A stretch of DNA of 64,000 nt from Cenococcum geophilum (taxonomy: Eukaryota). Numbering within the stretch: the stretch's first letter is position 1; every line of letters starts with the position of its first letter. The notes beneath the pieces were generated by a model. The model was given only the letters and a program-made list of their open reading frames with translations, searched no databases and was not told where the DNA came from. Below are positions 1 to 12,574 of the stretch, piece by piece. The stretch is from NCBI GenBank assembly GCA_050273025.1, contig CP158636.1, positions 11,408,001-11,472,000 of the forward strand, read 5' to 3'. The position numbers were made by a program, and so were the translations under genes.

Positions 1-1038
1 AACAGAGGGTAGTAACTTTAGCGGCTTTATTCTAATCTAGTTTACTAATAAGGCCTAAAAATTCTAAAAAGAAGCTAGTAAAGTCTCGGTTCCGTTATTA
101 TAGGTTTTTAAGTTTAGTAATAGCTATATATTTGCGGCTACTATTATTATATATTCGTTCTAGTAGAGAGATAAAGATTCTAAAATTAATAAAGGTGCCA
201 TTACGGAAGAATAGGTCTATAGTTTATATAGCGTCTTTACTTAAATAAGATATTCCATAGCTAATCTTACTAGCTTTAATAGGGTATTAGTTATAGTTTA
301 TTAAAAGTTTAAGACGGAGCTTAGTTATAAAGGGATGTAGGTTATTTTAATTTCTATTAAATATTAGAGGGTTAAAAAGCTTTTTAGATTTTATAGTAGG
401 TACTAAGTTCATTATAGGTATAGGTTAAGCTGCTATTACTAGTTTAGGGTTTATATTTAATAGGTTAGGTTCGCATATAGTTATTTTAATTTTATTTATA
501 GGTGTTGCTATTAGGGTCTCTAACGCGAGTACTTTAGCGTTATAGAGTTCTTTGCGTATTGCTTTAATTAATTACTAATACTAAGCTTCTAGTATAGTTT
601 ATTACTAGGCTAAGGCATCTATAAAGGACTGTTATATTATAGTTATTTATTCCCTAACTAGGGCTATAATAGTTATTGTGGCGGATTTAAGTTCGTTTAC
701 TATTTTAAGGGTAGTAGTATTAATATAACGTAATATAAAGGCGCGGAGAGACTTTAGGGAAGATTTAAAGTAATAATATAAATTCTATCTAAATTTAAGG
801 GTATATAGTTCTCGCTAAGAACAAGACGTTATATAAAGAAGAGAAAGGAATAACAAGAGAATTATATAATTAAATAGTTAGGGGCTTAGTAGTTAATGCG
901 TGCGTATATACGCACGCGGTCTTTAACAGACTTTAGTAAAATTCGATTAATCTAGCAGAATTCGGTTAAAGCGTCGGAATTTATCTATTAAGTGTTTCAC
1001 CGAGACATTCCTACTATAACTAGGCTAGTCCCGTTACA
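1..1038 (-). mobile_element. Gypsy family A, 5' LTR (~734-1038) plus gag start; continues off the left edge
   Basis: Reverse complement starts TGTAACGGGACTAGCC and is colinear with element A at 26924-27960 (LTR, then gag ...KKLLNPLIFNRN...). Confidence 0.9.
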
Positions 1039-1974
1039 GCTTATATAGAAAATTCTGGAGTAGGACGTTATCTATATCTATATTATTAATAGAAGTGTCT
1101 ATATTTTTAGAGACTATATTTATAGTTTTAACTATAGCTATATCTAAGCCGTAATTATATTAGAAGTTATCTATATAAGAAGAGAGAATATTAGCTTCCT
1201 AAGATCCGGATATTAGGTTAGGTTTAGTAAGAATAAGATCTTTAGGGTTTACTATTAAGGGATCCTAAATCTATTCTAGAAAGATATAATCTATAAAGGT
1301 AAATATATTAAATAAATTATTTATATTAGAGGTGGAACTCTTTTAACGTAACAGTTAGAAGTTATAGTTAATAGTTAATAAATATAGTTAATATAAAAAA
1401 AGGCAAACTTAATAGCTTAAATAGGGTTTCCTTATTTTAGTTATAACCTTTGCTATACTATATAATATTAGCCTCTATATTATATATAGAATAATAGAAG
1501 TAGTACTATAGGGGGGACAGTATTAGCTTAGCCGCGTCCATATCTATAAGCTTTTAAGCTAACTATTTAGGAATATCTCTCCAGATTTTCTCCAGGCCGC
1601 TTATAGATAGCTTTTTTATATAACCTCCCTATAGGGTTTGCCGTAAAACGCCTATTAAATGTATAAAAATCTATTTAAACTATAGCTATACCGGAAAGTT
1701 TATTTAATTAGATATATAATAGATTTATTACCGCTATAAAGATGTAAAACAACTAAGCAAGATTAATAAATGCTAATAAACCAGCCTAAATATCCTAAAG
1801 AAGAAATAATTTAGGTAATACGCTCTGCTTTAAAATAGTACCACCGTAATAATAAGGCGCAATTTTATACTCTCCGCCGGCTAAAGCCGTCCGCCTATAA
1901 TCTCTTATTATTATTAGCACTTATATAGGATTTAAGACACTATAAGTGTATAAAGTACGATATAAAGAAAAATA

Positions 1975-2560
1975 TAAAGTCTGTGTAAAGCCTTAGAGGC
2001 TTATACTACCTTATACCTTTATATATAAATTAGGCTCGCGCTATTTATACTTAGGACCTTAGGAGTAACTTCTTTATTACCCAATACTATTAGCATTTCT
2101 ATCTTTAAATAAATAGAGGATTTAAAGGATCTATAGCGTAATAGTAATAGCTTACTACCTGGGGAACGTTTAGGGTGCCCTTTTAACTTAAGGGGTATAC
2201 CGTATAAGGGATATTTAGTAATTATTAGACCGTAAGTTCTTATTTAAAATAGCGTTTAAGTTTATAGGCTAACACTATCTCTAGTTATTTTACGGCATAA
2301 TAATAGGCCGTAGAATTAAGGTATACTAAAATATTATAAACCCTTTATTCGCGGTAAGCTAATAAAGAGAAACTAAGATATTTATTATAGCTTTATAAGG
2401 ATGTTTCTAAGCCCTATAATAGAGAAGTTAGTCTTATAGGAGAGACAGGCATACGACATAGCTTTAACTTAGGATTATAATTCTAGGTGGGATATAAACC
2501 TCAAAATCTTATAGTGTAAGAAATCCTTCGCATTGTCTTTCTAAGTAGTAGTAATCCTAA
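1975..2560 (-). pseudogene. Putative RIP-inactivated non-TE coding segment, product unknown
   Basis: One minus-strand frame of about 190 codons (DNAKDFLHYKILRFISHLEL...GIPLKLKGHPKRSPG) in which the stops are all TAA/TAG; no TE motif recognised. Confidence 0.3.
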
Positions 2561-2900
2561 AAATATTATATCCTTATTATATATACCTAATAGGAGCTTT
2601 TATAAGAAGGCCGTAGAGAGCGGCTTATATATAGCTTACTATAACTAGCCCTAATAAATAATAGTAGAATAAAACTATAAATAGCTTTATACTAAGGAGC
2701 TTTAGTATAGATCTTATTTAGCGTTCCTAATGTATATAAGTACTTTACTTATAATTACAGTTTTCTCTACCATTAAATGGTTCATATAGCTAATTATATA
2801 ATATTTAATATTCGCAAAACTATTCTAACCTTTTTGTGTTTTTTATTTTATTTTCCTATATATAATACTTTAATTTCTTATTTCTTAAACCAAATTAAAC

Positions 2901-3990
2901 TCGTAGCTCTTAGAACCTAGTTATTCCATTACGTCTTCCAAAGATATCTGCATATAGAATAATAATAAAATTTGTATAGCTAAGAGATATAACAGTAGCC
3001 CCGGTCTGGTGCGATTAGCTTGCTATTAGAGAGAAACCCTTAGTTATAAAACTTACAAGAAGGGCAACTTATGTTAAGGATTTCTTCTATTTAACTATGT
3101 AGATTAGGGTAAGCGGGGCTATAGAAAGGGCCGTAATAACGCTTATAATAACGAAACAACCCTAGTTGATAAGTATAATAGTCTTCTAAAATTAGCTCCA
3201 ATTCTATTCTATGGTTAGCCTGTAGGGTTCTTATAGGTGCTTATACCTTAGAAAATTTATAGTCTAGCTTACTAGAGGATTATAAATATCTTCTATTAGC
3301 TAAGGTATAAGAGCAATTAAAGAAGCAGAATTATAAGTGTAGAAGTGCGAACCCTAGATATCTGTTATAATCTTTATGCTAGGAATAATCTCGGTGTATA
3401 TCTAAGATATAGTGCGCTCTATCTATATAGGAGAGCTATGCGGATATATTATTTTCTTTAGTAGGGCGTTTTAAAACCTAATGGTAAAATAATACGCTCT
3501 GGCAACAAAGATATAAAACAGGTTAGTCTCTAAAAGACGATAGTATTAGCCGTTATATCTTCTACTAGGTTAGGCATTGTATATACACCTTAGATTTTTA
3601 AATCTACTTCCTTAAAGATAATCCGTCCCTATATTATATATCCCCGGTTCCCGCGGTGGCTTAGCTAGTACTATAAACGGTTTTCGTTACACTGTGCTTA
3701 TAAAAGGGTTAGCTATACCTAGCCTAGGGTATAAGATTATATTATGGAAGCAAACATCCTAGGTATTAGTTAGCATCCTATCTCCTGTAAGGGATAGACG
3801 GTATTAATATAATATTAGGAAGTAGTAGGACTGCTAAGAGGTCCTAAATGCCGGTTAGGTATGCCGCGGATAATCTCCCTTTGCCTTCTCGCATTGGAAG
3901 TAGACGCTAACCATAGTTAATCATATACGGCCACTACTAGTGGCCTAATAAAGTTAATAAATTATTAGAAAATAATTAGATATAATCTGT
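2901..3990 (-). pseudogene. RIP-inactivated multi-exon gene encoding a probable membrane protein
   Basis: Canonical fungal introns 3006-3056 (GTAAGT..GCTAAT..CAG) and 3499-3588 (GTGTAT..CTAAC..CAG), plus an acceptor at 3759-3760 (GCTAAC..TAG). Splicing keeps one frame: DVCFHN...FKNL|RAYYFTIRF...NWS(Q)F(W)KTIILIN(W)GCFVIISVITALSIAPLTLIYIV...VALL|TGATVISLSYTNFIIILYADIF. Stops are TAA/TAG only. Confidence 0.65.
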
Positions 3991-5169
3991 AATGCAAAGT
4001 ATGGTTTTAATAAGATGTAAGAAAGTAATATAAGATCGGCCTAGGAGGGGCCGCATTGCCGGTATAAACCGGAGGTAGGTAGGTTACTTAAGGAAATCTA
4101 TATACGTAGGCCTCGATTAAACCTACTAGAGAAGTGATTAATGTATTAGCTACCCACCAAGACATTTTGCCGATCGCTTAATTTGAATCACCTCCTTCTC
4201 AATTAAAATACCCCTTTACTACACCACCACTATGTCCTCTACTACCCCCCTAATTGCTGTCGCTTAATAAAGAAGTCTATATAACATGCGGAACGTTAAT
4301 CCCCTAACGTAAATTTTAACCCGAGTTTATAAGTAATAAGCTAATTAATTTTAGAGCTTTATTATATAGACTTTAATTAATATATATAGAGATAAGGTTT
4401 TCTAGGGGGAGACCCCCTGGGACCCCCCTACATAGAGCTTTTACTTAATTTAGAAGTAGTAGTAAGATTAAGGCGCCTTAGTTACTGCTAGGTAAGGATC
4501 TACTACACTAACCGAGGCGCCCTACTTAAGCTGGGATTAAGGATTATATTGGTTACGAATCTAGTATATATTTAGACTGCGGAGCTTTAATATAGAGCCC
4601 TCTACGTAGGATCTAATATAGTAGATTATAATTCTAATTTAAAGCTTTATATACTAAATATTTTTAATGCCTAATAACTAAATCGCCGTATAGCTAGAAT
4701 TAAAGTAAGTCTACTACCCCAACTCAATTAAATATGCGTATAAAAAGAGATATAACTATATATAGAGACGTCTAATATAATTAAGTAACCATATTATTAC
4801 CCACCTAGTTTAGACGTATAACAACGCAATAGCTTAGCGATAATATAATAGCTTAGCGCCAAGTAATGGGAGGGGGGAGGAGGGGGAGGAGATTGGGGGT
4901 AGCTCGGCCACTGCAAAAAGGTTATAATATTAGTGTAGTGTTAAACTTTAAAAATTGTATCCTGGGAGTTTAATTAACGACCCCTATATAAAACGTTAAT
5001 AACGTTTAATTATAGAGCTTTAAACTAGTAGATCTCCTAGGAATGCCTATTATAAGTAGCTCTAAGTATAAAATCTAGAATATTTAATAGTGGTGTAAGT
5101 ATGGGATAGGGGTACATATTTACGTTCCTAAATATCATTATATAACGCAATTTTTAGGTAATAAAAACC

Positions 5170-5913
5170 GCCGTTAATGTTACTTAACTAATACCTACTA
5201 GAGGTTCCTCCGTCCTTCCTATCTCCTCTCTTACCCGTCTCCTTATTAGATACTATCTATATTACTATATTAACTAATAGATCCCTTAGTAGGGACTAAG
5301 GAGGAGTATTAGAGCACCTCTAGCTCTTATAAGGAAGAAGAAAAGAAGAAAGGAAGGTATAGAGGAGGGAGTATTTATAAATAGGAGGAGGCCTGCGAGT
5401 ATAGGAGATTAGGCAGCTATAATATAGCTAGTAATGTTGCTCGACTGATATATACCGGAGGCTCCTTCGTCCTTCCTGTTGTCTCTCGCCCATCTCGTCG
5501 TCTAATGCTATTTATATTGCTACGTCGACTAATAGATCCCTTAGTGGGGACTAGGGAGGAGTATTAGAGTACCTCTAGCTCTTATAAGGAAGAAGAAAAA
5601 AAGAAAGGAAGGTATAGAGGAGGGAGTATTTATAGATAGGAGGAGGCCTGTAAGTATAGGAGATTAGGCAGCTATAATATAGCCAGTAATATTGCTCGAC
5701 TAACACATACCGGAGGCTCCCTCGTCCTTCCTGTTGTCTCTCGCCCATCTTGTCGTCTAATGCTATTTATATTGCCACGTCGACTAATAGATCCCTTAGT
5801 GGGGACTAGGGAGGAGTATTAGAGCACCTTTAGCTCTTATAGGGAAGAAGAAAAGAAGAGAGGAAGGTATAGAGGAGAGAGTATTTATAGATAGGAGGAG
5901 GCCCTATAAGTAC
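5170..5913 (-). repeat. 255-bp tandem repeat (~2.9 units); each unit is a 192-bp exon plus a 63-bp intron
   Basis: GATCCCTTAGT recurs at 5280, 5535, 5790. Minus-strand introns 5393-5455 and 5648-5710 (GTAT(G/A)T..CCTAAT..CAG); further donor GTAGGT near 5198; upstream intron 5904-5972 (GTAAGC..TAG). Confidence 0.85.
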
Positions 5914-5979
5914 GTGATTTGGTAAGTGCTAATAGCACGAGATTCTCGTATAAGATGGGCTTAATTGCTTACCAAAATA

Positions 5980-6029
5980 TAGGGTGTCTCTGTTACTATA
6001 GTGGCTACTATAGTAATAGAGACGCCTTA
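5980..6029. repeat. ~50-bp palindrome, candidate Helitron 3' subterminal hairpin
   Basis: GGTGTCTCTGTTACTATAGTGG|CTACTATAGTAATAGAGACGCC; mismatches are transitions; followed on the minus strand by ATATTTT (5980-5974). Confidence 0.7.
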
Positions 6030-6054
6030 AATATTTAATATAACCGACTACTGA

Positions 6055-6420
6055 GGCTGTTAATAAGTGAAAGGTAGGCTACTGATATAGTGCAAACGAT
6101 ATAGTTGTTAATATCGTTTATAGCCTATTTTTGCTTCTAGTGTACACGTAGATTATCCTTATATTTAGCGTAGAGCTAGTTATAGGCAGTAAGCTAATTT
6201 GGGTCTAGCTTTACTATTAATATAGCTATAGGTAGTATGTCCCTTGGTATGGGCCGACTTAGTAGTTCTAGCTTTAGAAGATTGTCTTTCTTCTTAGATG
6301 GGTGGATATACTGCTATACCTCGTTAGTTTTAGCCATATCTTAGATAATAAAGAACCATTAAATTTAATTATATGGCTTATTAAGGATAAGGTTAATTTT
6401 TAATTCGGTAGAGGTTATTA
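6055..6420 (-). pseudogene. Truncated Copia-type gag N-terminus
   Basis: De-RIPed LIL(D)KP(H)(D)(W)I(Q)WFF.I(Q)D.AKT.EV(W)QYI.P...L(P)KLE(P)(P)SRP matches the fungal Copia gag pattern IL...dW..W...I...A....W.YI.P. Confidence 0.6.
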
Positions 6421-7025
6421 TTTTTAGAATTTAATAGGTTAGGAAGGGTCTAGGTTAAGGTTTAGCTAGCGTCTTAGCAGAACCTTATTTAGGCGTTCTA
6501 AAATTTTAATTTAATTTAATAGTTTGTTTATCAGTCGGATTTTGTTATAGGGAGCGCGATTAATAATCCCTACTAATAGCTCTAACTACGTCTAATTTTT
6601 AATTTATAAATCGGCAGATCTATAGGTAATAGTTATTTTAAGTAGCTCCAGGTACGGTATATATAAAATCTTAACTATAGTGTAGAGAAGTCATGGCTGC
6701 TAATATACGGTCCTAACTAGTATATATTCTTAGAGGTCACGTAACTCCTTATATAAGCGACATTTCTGCCCTTTAAAAAAAACTTAAAAAATTCCAAAAA
6801 TCGATTAACGCTATAGATAGCAGCAATATTAATCCGGTAATACTGCCAATTCTCCTTATATACCATTATATGTATATCTAATAGCCCTAGAAGCGGTAAA
6901 AAGGTAGGATAGATAGGGGGGTTAAAATTTAGAAAATTGGATTTTGTGGTTAAGCTATTTAAAAGTTGGAAAACTAAGACAAATGCCGCATTCTCCGCTT
7001 ACCTCCGAGCCAGTATATGATTTCC

Positions 7026-9261
7026 TAATTAGGAAAAGTTGTTTACGAGTAGTTGCTACTACCTTTGTATAAAATCTTCTTATTATACCTCTTTAGTCTT
7101 ACTTATAGATAACTGAAATCGTTTTATATTAAACCTACGTTCGAATATAAGCCCTAAAAGCTTCTTAACTCGTGAGATTGCTATATAGGTTAGCCCGGCT
7201 ATCTTATCCTTTTCCTTAATATCTAGAACTACCTAGTTAAGTATTAGGCCCTAGCTTTTATATATAGTAAGAGCAAAAGCTAGAGTAACTAGAAATTAAC
7301 GCCATAAGTAAGAGCTTTTTATATCCTCCTACTTATAAAGTATAGAAAATATAGGGATAACTTTTTTACTATCCTGCCGAGTGAATAGGGTAGGTCCGTT
7401 GTACCTATTTACTATAATTAGTAGTAACTAAGGCTAATCCTTTTTAATATCTGCGTGTCCCTTCTATATAACATCTTTAATTATACTAATAGTACCGTTT
7501 ACTAAGCCTAGTTTAACCTAGATATTCTATATTAGTATTACTTTCGCGCCAATATATAGGGCTAGATTATCTATAGTATTGCACTAATTAGGAGTAACTT
7601 TCCGCGTACCTATACTAGTATTAACTAACTTAATAGCTACTACTGGCTGTAAAAGGTTGCTAAGCTAAGTAGTGTTATACTTACCTATAGCAGCGCGTGT
7701 GCTATATAGCCGAATTACGTTGTTAAAGCCCGTAACCTTATTGGTAGATAGGCCTTACTTACACCTAGTTAAAAGAAGCTTTTAGGTTAAATTACTTATA
7801 GAATTACTACGTAGCTTTATAAGGGCGGTCCTAAATATAAAGCTTTTAGCGTTATTACCGCCCTACCGCATAACTTAATCTAGGATAGTAGTTCGGTTAA
7901 TTACCTTATAGGCTCCTTTTCCGTAGCTAGCAAGTTCTAACGGCCTAGCAGGTAGATTGCTGCATAAGGCCGCCTAATTTACAGGGGGAAGCTAATAGAA
8001 ATCGCTTACTAGTAAGATGTTTAAGCCTCTAAAGTAGTTGTTGTTATGCGTACTAGGGTAGATCCAATAGAGGCGGCGATTAATTTAGGCCAGATATACT
8101 TACCTAATTATAGATTTCTCGTTAAGGACGAGATAGTAAATATCCTTAAAAGCCTACTATAGAGACGTAAGACTAGTAGCAGGCAATTCCTTAAACGGGC
8201 GATTTACTAGTAACCTTAATAGATTGTATATAGTTCTGCCGTTAATATTAAAGGTAGCTACCCTAGTAGGGGCCGCTTAAGCTAATGGTATTAGCTTACT
8301 ATTAGCCCTTACTATATTACAGAGCGTAGCAGAGAGGATAGTAATAAGATATAATTTACTGGTTCCTACCTCTCTATTAACGTTAATCCGTAGTAGGGAG
8401 GGGTTAAGGCCCACTTAAATCTACCTATAGTGATTAACTACAGCGTTATAGATATAACGCTAACCTAGTTATAAGGAGGACGGAGTTGCTGTTTAGGATA
8501 GGCGGCTCTATAGTAAAGGCTATAGCCGTACTTCCTGCTAATAAGTCCTCTTATTAAGCTGCAGATACGTACCTTAATGCGTACTCTAGTTGTAGTTATA
8601 ATTAAGCTCCCTATTACCAAGCCTGTTAAAATCCTTAATTTTAACTCCGTTAGTATTTTAAACGCGGGTATATAGGGCCTTAAAGGACTAGTATAGCTCT
8701 AAGTTATTTGCGAAATCGCCCTTAAACTTATTAATATTATTAGCAGTTTCGCGACCTTCCTCTAGTTTCTGATTATAAAAGTAATTAGGCGGGTGCTAAT
8801 AAGAGTTAACGCAAGCCTAATAGGAAGCCATATAATTAGGGGCCTTAAATCCATTAGTATAAGTAGCTATATCCTTATACTCCCTCCACGGATAATAAAG
8901 AATAAGCTTTATATAGCAGAACTTAGAATACTATAGATAGGAAGGATCGCCTTTATATTGCGGAAAGTACAATATAACTTAAGGCCTTACTCTTAGTTAA
9001 CACTTATAAGTAGAGTAATTAAAATAGAGTAGAAAATTAAGGAAAGTAACGTCCTTTACCCTATCTGGCCGGCGCTTATATTTCTTATAGTTAAACAGTC
9101 CGTACTCTCTTAGTTGCCCATCCTTAAGCTTATATATAGCGCTTTAATCGTCCTCTTAGTAATCGTCTAAAGTTACTATATTCCTTAAGCCTTTAGAAAG
9201 GGAAATGTTAAAAAGTAGATAGTATCCCTCCTGCGCTAACTAATTGCATTTAGTAATAAGC
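7026..9261 (-). pseudogene. RepHel C-terminal region with PIF1-family (SF1B) helicase, RIP-inactivated
   Basis: Motifs in order: (R)(D)(W)(S)AQE..(H)LL; FC(R)(V)KL.L(H)(H)PWR; Walker A (G)E.GT(G)KS (~8360); VL(D)EKS(M) (~8120); ILLV(G)DFY(Q)LPPV (~8000); LVNGT; (Q)F(P)VTLAFALT.(H)KS(Q)GL.L; YIAISRVK. Confidence 0.9.
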
Positions 9262-11240
9262 TGTCACGGCACTGACCTGACGTATACTATTTCATACTGT
9301 CTCGTACTATTTCCTACTGTTAGCTAGCCCACCACTAGTGACTTAGCGGCCAGCCCTACTATTTATATATAATACCCCCTTTTTACCTTCTTCCCCTCTT
9401 TACACCATAACGTAGTTATTTAGTCTACTTTATTATAGCACTATAACAGTTTATGGTATCTTTAATCTGCGCCCCATCGCGATTACTAATTCCTTATACC
9501 CTAGCTAATTAACCTCCGCCCTAGAGCAATCGCGACCTATATACGCCTATGCTGAAACCAATACGTCCCTAGCACAGTTCTAAAATAATCCTTAGTTTTT
9601 ACCTAGTGCCTAAATAGGCAACACTAATAACGCCAAAATGGCCAAAACCTAAAACCCCTGCGACGTTTTTGTAGACCTCTTTATAGAGATATACCCTAAT
9701 ATTACATAGACAATCCGCCGCTCCCTACTATACCCTAAGACCTTTAAGCCTAGTAAAGCTTACCTTACCCTTATTAACTATATTAATAAGTTTCTTAATA
9801 ACATTAAATTAGGACTATAGTGTATATATAATATAAACACCGCTAATAAAAAAGTTAACAAAAACCTTAATGCCTTTATCGCTTTCTAGATAGGAACTAT
9901 TAACTTCTAAGTAAAGACTATTGCTATTCTAAAATAATTAACCCCTATAATAACGGTAGTAACCTAGCAGAAAAAATAGAGATCTAAAAACCCGCTAATA
10001 TTTAGCGGAAAAGGCACCCTATTAGAATAATAAGCTAATTTTAAGACCTAGTATATTAAGATTAAGGGAGTCTTTAACTAGGACTAGGATTACTTTAACA
10101 CAGTTTAGTTTTAGATCCTTTATATCTTGAATATGCTAAAGGATAAGGCCTATAAGTTTATTAAGTAGGGCTTAGAGCTTATACACGAGAACCTAAACAA
10201 TATATCTATATAGAAATGGCCTACTAAGGAAGATATGCTTAAAGACCTTACTACCTTCTATAAGGTCCTTAATATAACCCAGGTTATAAAAAATAAGCTT
10301 AAATATTTCCCCTAGGGCGAGCATAATTACTAACGTGTTTCACCACTCAGTGGCCTACCCCACTCAGTGGCCCACTCTATTTCTCACCAAAAATCGTAAA
10401 AATTACAGTATAATATCTCGACAACCACTTAATAATAATTTCTAAAATTTTATATTTGAGCTTGTATATATACTATACTTCTTTCCTTTTAATTTTAAAT
10501 AAATCTATAAAGCAGTTATAGAGATATTAGAGATATATAGTTTTAAACAGCAAATTCTACTTAAATTTTTATATATCTATAACTACTAAATAAATTACTT
10601 TAAAATTAAAAGAGGAAAAATAATACATATATATAAGCTTAAATATAAATTTTTAGAAATTATTATTATGTGGTTGTTGAGATATTATACTGTGATTTTT
10701 ATGATTTTTGGTGAGAAATAGAGTGGGCCACTGAGTGGGGTGGGCCACTGAGTGGTGAAACACGTTAGTCCTAAAAGGGAGAGCTTAATAAGCTAATAAT
10801 CCGCGCTAAGAAGATAGATAAATAGAAGGTAAACCTACTTTAAAAGTTTATCTCTCTAAAGATAGAAGAGCTGGTACTTAGACTTACCTATAAAATTAAT
10901 AATAGCGACTATATAGGTTAGAGTAAGTAGATAGATATATTCGCTAAGAACTTTGCGAATTATATACACTAAGCTAACCTTAAAAAAAGCTAACCACCGC
11001 CTACCTACCTAAGCCTCTGCCCCTATATTAACCCTAACCTTAGTAGTAACTAAAGAACCTATAGACCTTAATAGAATCTTAGATACGGAGCGTAAGCGCT
11101 ACGTTAATAATAGACTATACCTTATCTATAGCCTACCCGGCCACTAAAAGGACGCCTATAACCCCGCTAAGATAGTAAACCGAGTCCTAATACTACCCTA
11201 TTAAATAACGCGAACTAATAACCGCGGACGCGGTAACCTC
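9262..11240 (+). mobile_element. Gypsy-like element D: 187-bp 5' LTR (9262-9448) and gag, 3' truncated
   Basis: TGTCACGG...CTATAACA termini; TGGTATC PBS-like site; gag NPLIFSGKG, EP(M)DL, then (C)L.(C)(G).PGH knuckle near 11120; ends at a junction with a B-family fragment. Confidence 0.8.
10333..10765. mobile_element. 433-bp foldback MITE of Tc1/mariner (Fot1/Pot2-like) type
   Basis: TA|ACGTGTTTCACCACTCAGTGG...CCACTGAGTGGTGAAACACGT|TA; inverted arms run about 195 bp each; two CCACTCAGTGG subrepeats per arm. Confidence 0.92.
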
Positions 11241-12574
11241 TATCTCTTATAGGCTTCTTTAGTACCGCTTAGGTCTATTAGCTCTGCGCCATACTATAGT
11301 TTTTAATTTAGCTTTAGTTATTACGTACTTTACGTCTTATATAATTATAGAACTCTATCCTAACCTCTCTTAGTCTATTCCCTTTAGTAAATCCAATTAT
11401 TAATCTTAATTGCCTAATCTATTAGTTCCTATAGGGTGTCCACATCTTCTATTAGGATAATTATATCCTAGACTTTAGCCTTAAGTCCTTACTTATACTA
11501 TGCTATAAGCGCCTTATTATTCCACTTAACTTATATTACTAGCGTCTAGAACTATATTATATACTTAATTGCTAAGGTTTATTACGTAATATTCTAGAGT
11601 TTTCTTTCCGCTATAGTCGCTGCCTCTAGATCTCTAAACATTTATATAAGTCGCTCCGTAAACCCTTTCTAGCTTAAGAATATAAATTATACCTCCTAAT
11701 TAGTAGTTATTATTCCGTTTACCTAAATTTCTATAAGGTAAGGCTTAAACTATTTAAGTGCCCTTCCTAATAGGAATAGTCCTATATAGGCTATTCGATC
11801 TATAGGTGTTAGTAGTTTCACTCCTTCTTGCGTGACTTTAAAGTGCATTTACGTAAGGAATCCTTTAAGCTTTAATCTTTCTCCTAAGTACCTCTTAATT
11901 AATGGTAGCTTAATCTTTACTACTTTTATTCTATTAACCCTTTCTTTTAACGCTGTATTATTTATTATTAATTAGTTAACTATCTCTTATAGTTATCTAA
12001 CCGTCATAGGTTACTATAAGTTAGTATCTGCCATACTAGTATCACCTGACCTTAAAGTAGTTGCCGCCGTCAATAGCGTTATAGTGGCTGCTTTTAGTGG
12101 CATATTATTTGACTTTCTATATTTAATACCGTAACTAGGTAGTAATTATATAATAGAACTTTATAGCAAGAACTACGGTGGGCTTATTATTGGGCCAGGT
12201 ATATAGGTAATACAAATTAAAGTTAACAACGTAATAATAACTGGTGGAGTAGTTGCCTAATAGATTAACTCTAATTATATTCTAAGAATTACTATAAGGA
12301 AGGAACTATCTAGGTAGGGACTAAGGGTCTTTAAATACACAACCGTACTTCTATAAAATCCTTCTTATACGTAATATATATATATACTCTATCTACTTTA
12401 TTATAGATCTTATAGATTATATAGATTATATAGATTACGTTATGTGACCTTAGTTACTACTCCTCATTATATAGCTCTATCGGCTCCATTCTAGACTATG
12501 TTTAAATTAACTAACTAGCTTCTTCTAACTCCTCTCTAAGTAGTCGTAACATCGTACTTAAAGCGTCCGTAATA
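11241..12574 (-). mobile_element. Gypsy family B fragment (5' LTR 12149-12574 plus gag), truncated
   Basis: Colinear with 23069-24403 of element B; LTR ends match but the central ~70 bp of the LTR differs (subfamily variant). Confidence 0.9.

Larger units (their letters stand above)
5974..9261 (-). mobile_element. Helitron2/Helentron-like element, 3' part (5' part lost)
   Basis: RepHel C-terminal half at 7026-9261. The 3' end at 5974 is inferred only from the hairpin plus ATATTTT. Interrupted at 9262 by LTR element D. Confidence 0.6.

Noticed and set aside
4232..4700. Possible plus-strand spliced gene (ATG 4232, GTAAAT..GCTAAT..TAG intron from 4309)
   Set aside because: The frame after the intron is ambiguous and has no recognisable motif; too weak to call.
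5170..5913. CRISPR-like array
   Set aside because: Eukaryotic context; whole 255-bp units are duplicated with no unique spacers.
1039..9261. Starship element
   Set aside because: No tyrosine-recombinase captain or boundary repeats visible; only cargo-like genes, so kept as a hypothesis.
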